From positions 128,001 through 192,000 of the forward strand of contig OZ245838.1 in assembly GCA_965228735.1 (NCBI GenBank): a stretch of 64,000 nt of DNA. Reading direction: 5' to 3'. Source of the DNA: Planctomycetota bacterium (lineage in GTDB: Bacteria; Planctomycetota; UBA1135; UBA2386). Position numbers and translations under genes: made by a program. Below the pieces are notes generated by a model. It was not told the origin of the DNA. It searched no databases and worked only from the letters and a program-made list of their open reading frames with translations. Shown piece after piece: positions 28,349-37,781 of this stretch (position 1 is the first letter of the stretch; every line of letters begins with the position of its first letter).

Positions 28349-30802
28349 ATGGCAGCGACCGATCCCAGCAAGTTCAACGAGCTCGTGCGCACGCACCACG
28401 CCGCGGTGTTCCGCAGCGCGCAGCGCGTCACGGGCGATGCGGATGCGGCGGCCGACGTGGTGCAGGACGTGTTCCTGCGCGTGCTGCGTGGCCGGCAGAG
28501 AATTGACCGCGCGGAGAACGTCCGCGCCGTCCTGTGCTGGCTCGGAACCAGGCTCGCGCAGAACCACGTGCGCGCGGCCCGGCGTCGGCAAGCTCGCGAG
28601 GACCGCACGATGACCGATCACGACTCCGTATCTTCCGCCCACGATTCCGCTGCCGATCCGGCACAGGCGGCGGCCGACCGCGATCTGCTGCAGCGGCTCG
28701 CGGCACTCGTTGCCCGGCTACCGCGCGACCTGCGACTGCCGCTGCAGCTGCGTTGCGAGGACGACCTCACGTTTTCGGCGATCGGCACGGCGCTCGCGAT
28801 CTCGGAATCGACGGCGCACGATCGCTACGAGCGGGCGCTCGCGCGGTTGCGGAACGACCTCGGTGATCGAACGCGCTACGGCGCGACTGCCGTGCCGATC
28901 GCGGAGTTGCTGCGCGGCAACCCGTTGCCGCCAGCACCCGCCGGCCTCGAGGCGCGACTGCTCGAACTCGGCCACGCGTCGGTGTTGTCGACGGTGAGCG
29001 TCGCCCGCCGCGTCGCGCTCGTCTGCGTTTCGGCGACCGTGGTGGTCGCGGTCGCCGTGGGCGCTGCGATCGGGGTCGGGGACGAGCCGAAACCGGCCGC
29101 GACCTCGTCCGGAGCTGCCGCCGCCGTCGCCGACCCGGAACCCGCACCCGCGGTCGATGCCGGCGCCGTCGCGGCTCGAGAACGCGTGGCGGTTGCGCCG
29201 GCGCCGGATGGCGGGCGCGGTCCGACATCCACCCTCGTGCCGGGGACCACAGGTGGACAGATCCTCACCGGCACGGTGCACGATGCCGCTGACTTCCCGG
29301 TCGCGATGGCGCGCGTCGTCGTCGTCGCCGGCGGTGGGCTCAAGCCGTTCAAGCTCGGCAGCACGACGACCGACGCCGACGGAGCGTTCGAGGTCGAGCT
29401 CGACGGCGGCAAGATCGGGCTCCGGCGCGGTGCGTTCAAGGTGCGCGTCTTCGAGGGCGCGCGGCGACTGCACGAGACCGCCGACATCGCGCTGCCGCGG
29501 GCAGCCGATGCCGAGCCGCTCGCGATCGTTTTGCCGGCGGCTGCCGGCACGGCGGCGACGCGCTTCGAGCTCGCGGTCACGGTGCTCGATGCGAACGGGG
29601 CACCCGTCGCGGCCGTTCCCGTCAAGGCGCTGCCGGTGCCGGTGTTTCCCGATGGCGCCGAATCGGAGCAGCGCCCGTATCTGCACGGCCGCCGCGAACC
29701 CGACGCGACCACGGATGCGCGCGGTTGCGCCGTGATCTCCGGGCGAAAGCCGGGGCCGATGTGGCTCTTTGTCGACGGGCGCGAGGCCGGGCACACGGCG
29801 CGTTGTGACCGCCATCTCGTTGCCGGGCCGGGGCGGTCGGCAGCGACCGTTCGGCTCGCGCCCGCGGCCACCGTCACCGTCGAGTTCTCGGTGGTCGACG
29901 ACGGCACGATGCCGCACCGGCCGTCGCTGTGGATGATCGCCGCGGACGGCGTGCAGCATCAGGCCGAGGTCGGCGGCGATCGCGTCGCGCAGTTCACGAA
30001 CGTGAGCCCGATCGCGCACACGCTCAAGGTCTCGGGCTACCCGTGGTCCGGCGTCGAGCTCGTCGACGTCGTCCCGCGCGACGAGCCGTATCGCATCGAG
30101 CTCAAGCGCGGGGACGATGCGCGCGACGTCGGCGACCACATGGCCGAGATCCACGGTTCGCTCGTCGATGCGGCGACGGGTGAGGTCGTGCCGTATGGCG
30201 CGTTCGAGGTCGAGTTCTACGAGGGCCCGGCGCTCGGCAGCTCGGTCGGCAGTTCGACGATCGCGACGGACTGCTGCCCGCCGCCGCCGCCGGTGCAGCG
30301 CGCGGCCGGGCCCGGCAAGCAGACGACGTTCGGCAAGACGCACCTCACGGCGGGCCGCTGGGTGCTCGTCGCCACGGTCGACGGCTATGCCGCAACCGCT
30401 CACGAGTTCGTGCTCGAACGCAACCAGTTGCTCGCCGACGTCAAGGTGCCGCTGCGCCGCGGCGCGACGGTCAGCGGGCGGATCGTGGACGAGAAGGGCG
30501 AGCCGATGTCGCGGGTCCAGGTGCGGGTCGTCGGCGTCGGCCCGGCCGCGGACGCCGTGCTCGATCGCGCGCGGGCGCTCAGCCGCAGTGGTGGCAAGCG
30601 CGCGAGCTGGCCGAGCGTCGGCCTCGTCGGCAGCTGGACGCAGAAGGACGGCACGTTCACCCTGCCCGGCATCCCGCCGGACACGGCCGTGCGGATCGTC
30701 GCATGGCGGCGCGACACCGGCCTCGCGGTCACGGCTCCCAACGTCTATCGCAGCGATGCCGACGTCGACGATTTCGTGCTGCGGTTGCCCGCGGGACGGT
30801 GA
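28349..30802 (+). CDS. ECF sigma factor fused to a TM helix and carboxypeptidase-regulatory-like beta domains
   Basis: Sigma2 (AADVVQDVFL) and sigma4 (LTFSAIGTALAISESTA) regions, TM at about aa 220-245, repeated G.V.D..G.P and T..DG.F motifs. Confidence 0.85.
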   Translation: MAATDPSKFNELVRTHHAAVFRSAQRVTGDADAAADVVQDVFLRVLRGRQRIDRAENVRAVLCWLGTRLAQNHVRAARRRQAREDRTMTDHDSVSSAHDSAADPAQAAADRDLLQRLAALVARLPRDLRLPLQLRCEDDLTFSAIGTALAISESTAHDRYERALARLRNDLGDRTRYGATAVPIAELLRGNPLPPAPAGLEARLLELGHASVLSTVSVARRVALVCVSATVVVAVAVGAAIGVGDEPKPAATSSGAAAAVADPEPAPAVDAGAVAARERVAVAPAPDGGRGPTSTLVPGTTGGQILTGTVHDAADFPVAMARVVVVAGGGLKPFKLGSTTTDADGAFEVELDGGKIGLRRGAFKVRVFEGARRLHETADIALPRAADAEPLAIVLPAAAGTAATRFELAVTVLDANGAPVAAVPVKALPVPVFPDGAESEQRPYLHGRREPDATTDARGCAVISGRKPGPMWLFVDGREAGHTARCDRHLVAGPGRSAATVRLAPAATVTVEFSVVDDGTMPHRPSLWMIAADGVQHQAEVGGDRVAQFTNVSPIAHTLKVSGYPWSGVELVDVVPRDEPYRIELKRGDDARDVGDHMAEIHGSLVDAATGEVVPYGAFEVEFYEGPALGSSVGSSTIATDCCPPPPPVQRAAGPGKQTTFGKTHLTAGRWVLVATVDGYAATAHEFVLERNQLLADVKVPLRRGATVSGRIVDEKGEPMSRVQVRVVGVGPAADAVLDRARALSRSGGKRASWPSVGLVGSWTQKDGTFTLPGIPPDTAVRIVAWRRDTGLAVTAPNVYRSDADVDDFVLRLPAGR

Positions 30803-30821
30803 GGCGCCGCGGCCGCCAGGC

Positions 30822-31943
30822 TCACTTGTCCTTGTCGAGCTTGCGGGCGGGCGGGCCGCCGTCGACCGCGACATCGAGCATCCGAACCGGGGGCACCGGT
30901 GCGCCCTGGAACGTGCCCGTCACGCTCGTGCCGACGAGCACGCCGCCGTGCGTCTCGAAGTCGCCGAACTGCAGAACGAGTTCACCGAACCGCTGCGTCG
31001 GGCCACGCGCCCGCGCCTTCGAGGTGCGCACGACCCCGGCGTCATCGAGTCCGAGCTCGAGCGCGACACCGTCGATCCAGATGGCGAGGCGGTCGTAGCT
31101 GCCGCCGGCGCCCGCCGGGGTGTCGATGGCCGCGGCCACGGCCACGACCGCCTGTGGTCGTGTCAGCGCGTGGTGCAAGGCGACGAGCGGTCGGCATCGC
31201 AGTCGCCGACCCATCTCGCGGCGGCCCGCGGGGCCCATCGGTTCGTTCTTGCCGTCGGTGATCTGTCGGCTGTGCTTGCCCGCGAGCACGCTCGCGTAGT
31301 GCCACGATTCGTCGCCGCGGCGAATCGTCGTGGTGAGTCGCGTGCGGTCCGGGAAGCCGACGACGTAGCGGAGGTCGTACGTGTAGCCGTTGCGTTCGTA
31401 CTCGCGGCGGAACGCCAGCGACCGGAGCGTGCGCAGGCGTTCCGCTCCGCCATGCGCGGCGACGGCCTTGCCCAGCAACTCACGACCGCGGGCGATCGCC
31501 GCGGCGCTCGGCTGCGGGCGCGCAACGTCGGGGTCGAAGCACGCGGCCGGGTTCTTCGCGAACCCGTCGCGGCACGGATCGCTCGCGAAGATGTAGATCC
31601 GACCGTCGTGGACGAGGAACCGATCCGGGGATCCACGACCGCTGAGCGGGCCCATGCTCGCGCAGCCGCCGTCCATCTGGATCGCGAAACGCTGCGGCGC
31701 GGCGAGGAACGTCGCGCGGTTCTTCGCCGACTCGAAGCGGTAGGTGTAGCCGCCATAGCTCGCCTGGTGCGCCGCCTCACCGGCGGTTTCCTGGCCGGCG
31801 GTCAACGACACGGGGTCGAGCCCGCGCAGCGCGGGGGACGTGGTGTCGTCCTGCGCCGGGAGCGACGCCGCGATCGCGAGAGCGGCGGCGCCGAGGGTGA
31901 GCCGTCCGGGCCGGCCTGATCGGGAGGGGGAGTGGTTGGTCAT
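30822..31943 (-). CDS. Exported protein with two YHS-like domains
   Basis: Signal peptide; GLDPVSL...YRFESAKNRATFLAAPQRF; HDGRIYIFASDPCRDGFAKNP. Confidence 0.75.
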   Translation of the reverse strand: MTNHSPSRSGRPGRLTLGAAALAIAASLPAQDDTTSPALRGLDPVSLTAGQETAGEAAHQASYGGYTYRFESAKNRATFLAAPQRFAIQMDGGCASMGPLSGRGSPDRFLVHDGRIYIFASDPCRDGFAKNPAACFDPDVARPQPSAAAIARGRELLGKAVAAHGGAERLRTLRSLAFRREYERNGYTYDLRYVVGFPDRTRLTTTIRRGDESWHYASVLAGKHSRQITDGKNEPMGPAGRREMGRRLRCRPLVALHHALTRPQAVVAVAAAIDTPAGAGGSYDRLAIWIDGVALELGLDDAGVVRTSKARARGPTQRFGELVLQFGDFETHGGVLVGTSVTGTFQGAPVPPVRMLDVAVDGGPPARKLDKDK

Positions 31944-32056
31944 GGCAGCGAGACGAATGCGGCAGCGCCGGAATCGACAGCGATCAGCGTGCCCGGCTCG
32001 TTCACGGGGCCAATGGTGGGTTGGCGATTCGCGGGCGAGTTTTCGACGGGCCCGGC

Positions 32057-32101
32057 TTGACCTCGGTTCTACACCTGTAGTAGATACTTCTACAGCTGTG
32101 G
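32057..32101 (+). promoter_or_regulatory. BlaI/MecI/CopY-type operator pair overlapping the promoter
   Basis: TTGACC at 32057; palindrome CTACA-CC-TGTAG at 32069-32080; second CTACA-GC-TGTGG at 32090-32101; matches the known TACA-NN-TGTA box. Confidence 0.8.
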
Positions 32102-32523
32102 CAGACAACGTTCGATTGACCGAGGCCGAGTGGGTCGTGATGCGCGCCGTGTGGCGTGACGCGCCGGCCAGCGCCCGCGACGTGCTCGAGCGCGCCACCG
32201 GCACGGACTGGGCCTACACCACGGTGAAGACGCTGCTCGCGCGGCTCGTCGACAAGGGCGCGCTCGCGGTCGAACGCCGTGGCAACACCAGCTTCTACTC
32301 GCCGCTGTGGCAGCCGGCCGAGGCGCGCCGGTCGGCGGTGAGGTCATTGTTGAAGGCGGCGTTCGACGGCTCGTTCGGACACCTCGTGCAACATCTCGCG
32401 ACCGAAGAGGAGCTGTCCGATCAGCAACGCCGCGACCTCGATGCGATGCTGCGCCAGGTAGCGGACCCCGACTCGGGTGGCGGCCGACGCGACGCGGATC
32501 CAGCAGGGGGCAGAGCGCCGTGA
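32098..32523 (+). CDS. BlaI/MecI/CopY family repressor
   Basis: LTEAEWVVMRAVW, WAYTTVKTLLARLVDKG, FDGS..LVQHL. Confidence 0.92.
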   Translation: MADNVRLTEAEWVVMRAVWRDAPASARDVLERATGTDWAYTTVKTLLARLVDKGALAVERRGNTSFYSPLWQPAEARRSAVRSLLKAAFDGSFGHLVQHLATEEELSDQQRRDLDAMLRQVADPDSGGGRRDADPAGGRAP

Positions 32524-33581
32524 CCGAACTCGTCGTGTTGTCCGTGCAGGTCCTGGCCCTCGCGGTGCTCGCGCTCGGGCTCGAAGCGACGTTGCTGCGG
32601 CGGTCGCCGGCGGCGGCGCGGGAACTGCTCTGGCTCGTCGTGCTGCTGCGGTTCTTCCTGCCCGTCGAGTGGGGGACCGGCGCGTGGCCGGGTGGCGGCG
32701 TGGCCCTCGGTTCGGCGTTCGGGCCGTGGACCGGGTCGGCGACCTCGGCGAGCGGCGACGGGTCGCCGTGGATCGAAGCACTGCGTTGGAGCGGGGCGGC
32801 CGCACTCGTCGCAGTCGGTGGCTCGCGCTTTCTCCGCGCGCGGTCCCGCCTCGAGCGGAACGCGATGGAACCGGACGTGGCGTGGCTCACCGCAGCCCGT
32901 CACGCGGCCGCGCGCCTCGGCCTGCGTCGCGCACCGCGACTGCGCGTGAGCGCCACGTCGGTGGCACCCTGCGTGGTCGGCGTGGTGCGACCGGTCGTGT
33001 TCGTTCCCGCGAGCTCCGCAGGTTCCGCATCCGAACGCGAACACGTCCTGTTGCACGAGTTCGCGCACGTCGCTCGGCGCGACGGTTGGCGCGCCGCCCT
33101 CGTCGTCGGCGTGCAGTTGTTGTTCTGGTTCCACCCCGTCGTGTGGCTCGCGGCGCGGCGGCTCGCGTTGCTGCGTGAGATCGGTGCCGATCAGAGGGCA
33201 GCGGCGCGCGCTACCGGCGGGGCCTCGGCCTACGGCCGCACGTTGCTCCGCTGGTCGAGCGTGCCGCCTGCATCGTTCGCGATCGCCGGCTGGCAGCAGC
33301 GTTCGAGTCTGCGCACCCGGATCGAACAACTCGTGCAGCACTCGGCCGCGCGACGACCCGTGCGCCGCTGCGTCACCTTCGCCGCGTCCGTGACGCTGGC
33401 CGTGCTCAGTCAGGCCGCACTCGCCGGTCGCACCGCATCCGAGAGCGCCGATTCGGCTGCGGGCGCGATGGGCGCCGACTTCTCGTTCCCCGCCGATGCG
33501 CGTGACCTGCCTGGTTGCCTGCAACGTCGTTACGTCGTGTTCCAGGCGCTTGCCGCCGAGCGGGAGCGCGCGTCGCGGTGA
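32520..33581 (+). CDS. BlaR1-like M56 metallopeptidase (no PBP sensor domain)
   Basis: TMs; PCVVGVVRP, HVLLHEFAHVARRD, FWFHPVVW, REIGADQ, LRTRI. Confidence 0.9.
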   Translation: MTELVVLSVQVLALAVLALGLEATLLRRSPAAARELLWLVVLLRFFLPVEWGTGAWPGGGVALGSAFGPWTGSATSASGDGSPWIEALRWSGAAALVAVGGSRFLRARSRLERNAMEPDVAWLTAARHAAARLGLRRAPRLRVSATSVAPCVVGVVRPVVFVPASSAGSASEREHVLLHEFAHVARRDGWRAALVVGVQLLFWFHPVVWLAARRLALLREIGADQRAAARATGGASAYGRTLLRWSSVPPASFAIAGWQQRSSLRTRIEQLVQHSAARRPVRRCVTFAASVTLAVLSQAALAGRTASESADSAAGAMGADFSFPADARDLPGCLQRRYVVFQALAAERERASR

Positions 33582-33625
33582 TCGTTTCCGCTCGTTCTTC
33601 CGACCCTCGATCCAAGAAACCCGTC

Positions 33626-34243
33626 ATGCGCACGCTTGCTGCTTTTGCTCTCGGTTCGCTCTCCGTCCTACTCCTCGGCGCCGTCTCCGGTCGCGTTCTC
33701 TCTGCTCCCGCGGCCCAGCCGCAGGATCCGCAGGAACTCGCGAAGATGATGGAGAAGGCCAAGAAGTTCACGCAGCCCGGCCCGCACCACGAACACCTGA
33801 AGCGCTTCGTCGGCACGTGGGAGTGGACGAGTCACTTCGTCATGGGCGGGCAGAAGACGCCCGGCGAGACCGGCACGAGCACCGCGAGCTGGCTCATGGA
33901 CGGCCGCTGGCTGCGCATCGAAGGGCAGGGCACGATGATGGGGCAGAAGTTCAAGAACCACATCCTGCTCGGCTACGACAACTTCAAGCAGAGCTTCGTG
34001 ATGTCGAACGTGAGCAGCCTCGACACCGCGCTGCGGCACGCCGAGGGCGACATGACACCGACCGGCGACGCGCTCGTGATGTACGGCACCCTCGACGAGT
34101 ACCTGACCGGCGAGCACGACAAGATGGTGAAGTACGTCTATCGCTTCCTGAGCGACGACGAGTTCGTGCTCGAAGTGCACGACCTGCCGATCGGCCTCGA
34201 GAACACGCAGGTCATGGAGGCCCGCTTCCAGCGGGCGAAGTAG
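33626..34243 (+). CDS. DUF1579-like exported protein
   Basis: PGPHHEHLKRFVGTW, WLMDGRWL, GYDNFKQ; signal peptide. Confidence 0.75.
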   Translation: MRTLAAFALGSLSVLLLGAVSGRVLSAPAAQPQDPQELAKMMEKAKKFTQPGPHHEHLKRFVGTWEWTSHFVMGGQKTPGETGTSTASWLMDGRWLRIEGQGTMMGQKFKNHILLGYDNFKQSFVMSNVSSLDTALRHAEGDMTPTGDALVMYGTLDEYLTGEHDKMVKYVYRFLSDDEFVLEVHDLPIGLENTQVMEARFQRAK

Positions 34244-34380
34244 CACCACCGCGCGCTGCTATCGCTACGCGAGCGAAACGCGGGCCCTCGTCGTGACGCG
34301 GTTCGGGCACGAATCCCGCCCGAGCGCGCGGATTCGCGCGGCCTGGCGGGCCCGGGCATGCCGCTTGCTGAAGTCCGGGT

Positions 34381-36066
34381 ATGCGCGTCGCCGTCCGACG
34401 GATCCGGATTCTACCGTTCGCAGCGTTACTCTGTGCCGGGGTGCTCGTCGGTCGCGCCCAGCTGAACGCGCAGGGACGTCCGAGTGTGGCGACGGGCCGA
34501 CTCGCCGTGTCGCCGACGGCCCGGTTCGAGCCCGGAAAATCGAGCTGGCCGTCCGTGAGCGGTTCGCGGCGCGGTGCGTGCTCGTCGCCGACCGAGATCG
34601 CGCTGCGCTACTGGCACTACAACCGTCATCGCTTCCTGCCGAGCGCGCGGCCGGTGCGCGCCGCGGCGGCCCCTGCCGACGCTGCCAACACCGACGCGGC
34701 GCGCGGGTCCCGCGACTGGTTGCTCACCGTCGCGCGCACCGGCGAACCGCTCGAGCAGGCCGGGGCCCTGCGAGTGATCGGTTGCGCCGGCGCGGCGCTG
34801 GGCGGGCGATCCCTGCTCGAACGCACGGTCGCGGATTCGGCTGCCCGGCCCGAGTTGCGGGAGGCGGCGCTGCTCGGGCTCGGCGAGCACAGCGGCGCGG
34901 GTGCGCGCTTCCTGCTCGTGCGCGCGGCGGCGGACCCGGCGCTGGCTGTCGAACTCCGGCGCGTCGCCGTCGTGGCCTACGGGATGACGCTCGCCCAGGA
35001 CGGCGCACGGCGCGGGCGATCGCTCGCGAGCCTCGCTCGGGCGGCCGGCGATGTCGACCTGCGGGCCGCAATCGTCGCAGCGGCGGCGCTGGGGAACGTC
35101 GACTGCGTCGCGCTGGAGTCGCGTCGTTGGCTCGCCGCGGCGCGGTTGCCGGATCGCGACGACCTGCCCGCGACGGCAGCTGCGATGCTGGTCTCCGGAC
35201 TCTCGCGGGCCGACGCTGCGCGGGCCCTGCATCCGCTGCTCGGCGCCGAGCGTGCCGAACTCGCGCACGCGGCGCGATGCGTGGGAGCGGCGCACGAGAC
35301 CGCATCCGCCGTGGATCTCGACAAGTGGCTCGGCCAGGGCGTCATCGGTGAGCGCGCGCTGACCCTGCTGGCGTGCGTCGGCCGGTCGGACCTGCCCGCG
35401 ATCGTCGATCGAATGCTCGTGACGCCGACTCTCGCGGGGGTCGCGGCGTTCGTGCTCGCGCTCGACGTGCGCCTGACGAAGCGGGATCGGCGGGCCGCGC
35501 TGACCCGACTCGAGGTCGGTCGCAAGCGCGGTCGCAAGTTCGCCGATCGGCCGCTCTGGCTGCTGGCCGAGGCGCTGCTCGACGACCCCACCGTCGCCCC
35601 GCGCGCGCTCGAGCTGCTGCGCGAGCCGCGCACTGCATCCGCGCAACGCATCGCGGCCGTGGATGCGCTCGTCATCGGCGCGCGGCCGGCGCCCGCCGAG
35701 CAACTGGACTCCGTGCGCGAGGCCCTGGCGCGTGACCCCGACGCGGCCGTCCGGGCGCAGGCCATCGACGTGCTCGTCCGGCACCGGCGGCACGGTGACG
35801 TGGCCGTCCTGCTCGAGGCGGTGGACGGCGCGCCGCCGGCGGAGCGACCGATCTTGCTCGAGATGCTCGGCCGGGCCCGCTCGCCCTGGGCCGAACGCGC
35901 TCTGCGGCGGCATTGCACCGATCGCGCGCTGCCGGTCGCCGAACGGATCGCGGCGTGGCGCGGCCTCGCGCATTGCGTGCGGCACAGCGGTCCGAGCACG
36001 TTGCAGCGGCTCGGCCACGGTGTCCGCTTCGCGTTCGAGCGCGAGTGGCTGCTGGCGCTGCGCTGA
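34381..36066 (+). CDS. HEAT-repeat protein, probably exported
   Basis: Ala/Leu-rich helical repeats (LREAALLGLG, DPDAAVRAQAIDVL). Confidence 0.55.
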   Translation: MRVAVRRIRILPFAALLCAGVLVGRAQLNAQGRPSVATGRLAVSPTARFEPGKSSWPSVSGSRRGACSSPTEIALRYWHYNRHRFLPSARPVRAAAAPADAANTDAARGSRDWLLTVARTGEPLEQAGALRVIGCAGAALGGRSLLERTVADSAARPELREAALLGLGEHSGAGARFLLVRAAADPALAVELRRVAVVAYGMTLAQDGARRGRSLASLARAAGDVDLRAAIVAAAALGNVDCVALESRRWLAAARLPDRDDLPATAAAMLVSGLSRADAARALHPLLGAERAELAHAARCVGAAHETASAVDLDKWLGQGVIGERALTLLACVGRSDLPAIVDRMLVTPTLAGVAAFVLALDVRLTKRDRRAALTRLEVGRKRGRKFADRPLWLLAEALLDDPTVAPRALELLREPRTASAQRIAAVDALVIGARPAPAEQLDSVREALARDPDAAVRAQAIDVLVRHRRHGDVAVLLEAVDGAPPAERPILLEMLGRARSPWAERALRRHCTDRALPVAERIAAWRGLAHCVRHSGPSTLQRLGHGVRFAFEREWLLALR

Positions 36067-36157
36067 CGGCCGTCGGTTCGTCCAGGTCGGCAGGTGCATC
36101 GCCGCTGTCGGTGCGGCAGACTGGGGGCATGGGTTCGGTGTCCGGAGGCGGCGCTTC

Positions 36158-37738
36158 ATGATCGGCTCGCGCCGTCGGCGCCGGCAGCTGCGCGGCGCCG
36201 AACTGGAGGCCGCACTCGCCAGGCGGCGGCGCTGGCTCGTCGTGCTCGCGACGCTGGTGGCGGCGGGCCTGCGCCTGCTCGAACTCGGTTCCTGGTCGTT
36301 CTGGGTGGACGAGTCGCACACGTTCCGTGATGCGACGATGCCGCTCTACGGCGAGAACGGCTTCTTCTCGACGAATCGGTCGTACTATCCGCTGACGTTC
36401 CTGCTGCTGCGGGCGCTGATCGACGGCGGCCTGGTGGGCCACGACGAGCTCGCGCTCCGGTTGCCGTTCGCGGTCGTCGGGATCGTGACCGTGCCCGTCT
36501 TGTGGGCATGCGGCCGCGCGATCGTCGGCGAGCGGGCGGCGGTCCTGTCCGCGTGGCTGCTGGCGCTCATGCCGTGGCACGTGTTCTGGAGTCAGAGCGC
36601 GCGGGGCTACGTGTTCTTGCTGCTGTCATCGATCGTGGTCGCTGCGCTCCTGTGGCGCTGGCATATCGGTCGCCGGCGGCGAGACCTGTGGCTCGCGGTG
36701 CTCGTCGGTGTGCTCGGCTACCTGTTCCACCCGACCGCGGCGATGCAGTTCGTCGGCTTCGGGCTATTCGTGCTCCTGCGTGGCCGCAATCCGAGTCCGT
36801 GGGTGCTCGCGATCGGGGCGCTCGTTCTGCTCGTTCTGCTGGCCGCCGCGCCATCGCTGCTCGAGCTGCTCTTCCCGGAGTTCGCGCGCTCGAAGGCAGG
36901 GCGGACGTCGTTCACGCACTTCGTGACGACGAGCGGCTACTACTTCCGCCCGCTCGTCCTCGTCGCCGCGGTTGCGGGATTCGCGCTGCTGCGTCGGGAT
37001 GGCGAACCCGCGCGCGTCGCGTTCTTCGGCTGTCTCGCGGCGACGCCGTTCGTGTTGCTCTTCGAGGTCGGCATGACCGTCGCGCAGACCACCGCGCGGT
37101 ATGCGCTCTGCACTCTGCCGCTCATCCTCTGGTTGGCGGCGCATGGTGCGGTGCGGGTCGGAGATCTGCTGACGAACGATGGCAACGCGGCGAGAGCAGA
37201 GGACGGATCACGCGCCGCGACGCGAGTCGCGGGCGCGTTCGTCGCCGTTCTCCTGCTCGCCGACCTCGGCGTCGGGGCCTTCCAATACTTCGCGCATCAT
37301 CATGGCGAGCGGGCACGGTGGCACGAGGCCGCGGCGTTCCTCGAGCGCGAGTTCGCGGACGACAACCTCTACGTCGTCACGACCAACGAACCGACGGTGC
37401 GCTACTACCTGACGCCCGACTACTGGCAGAACGACCGACTCGAGGATCCGCGCCGCATCGTCCGCATCATCGAGGACTTCATGCTCGACGGTGAGTTGCA
37501 GGGCAATCGACTACACGAGCCCGGGGCGGCGGAGCACCTGCGATGGCGCCGCGCCGAGGCGAAGGCCGCCGGGGCACGGTTCGTGATCGCGGGCACGATG
37601 CCGATGCTCCAATCGGTCGATCCGTCGGGCGACCTGCTGCGGCGGCTGCGGTCCGACTTTCGCCTCGCGCTGCATCTGCCGTGCTGGATCGGTCCCAAGG
37701 ACGAGAGCATCTTCGTCTACGTCGATACCGCGCCCTGA
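36158..37738 (+). CDS. GT-C (PMT/ArnT, GT39-like) integral membrane glycosyltransferase
   Basis: LRLLELGSWSFWVDE, PLTF, LRLP, WSQSARGY; many TMs. Confidence 0.82.
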   Translation: MIGSRRRRRQLRGAELEAALARRRRWLVVLATLVAAGLRLLELGSWSFWVDESHTFRDATMPLYGENGFFSTNRSYYPLTFLLLRALIDGGLVGHDELALRLPFAVVGIVTVPVLWACGRAIVGERAAVLSAWLLALMPWHVFWSQSARGYVFLLLSSIVVAALLWRWHIGRRRRDLWLAVLVGVLGYLFHPTAAMQFVGFGLFVLLRGRNPSPWVLAIGALVLLVLLAAAPSLLELLFPEFARSKAGRTSFTHFVTTSGYYFRPLVLVAAVAGFALLRRDGEPARVAFFGCLAATPFVLLFEVGMTVAQTTARYALCTLPLILWLAAHGAVRVGDLLTNDGNAARAEDGSRAATRVAGAFVAVLLLADLGVGAFQYFAHHHGERARWHEAAAFLEREFADDNLYVVTTNEPTVRYYLTPDYWQNDRLEDPRRIVRIIEDFMLDGELQGNRLHEPGAAEHLRWRRAEAKAAGARFVIAGTMPMLQSVDPSGDLLRRLRSDFRLALHLPCWIGPKDESIFVYVDTAP

Positions 37739-37781
37739 TTGGCTTGCGGTGCGCCCCGCGCTGGCCGATATCATCGCCTGT

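Noticed and set aside
32098..33581. Beta-lactam resistance locus or CopY copper operon
   Set aside because: No beta-lactamase or PBP sensor domain; the repressor lacks the C-terminal CxC motif of CopY; no copper ATPase.
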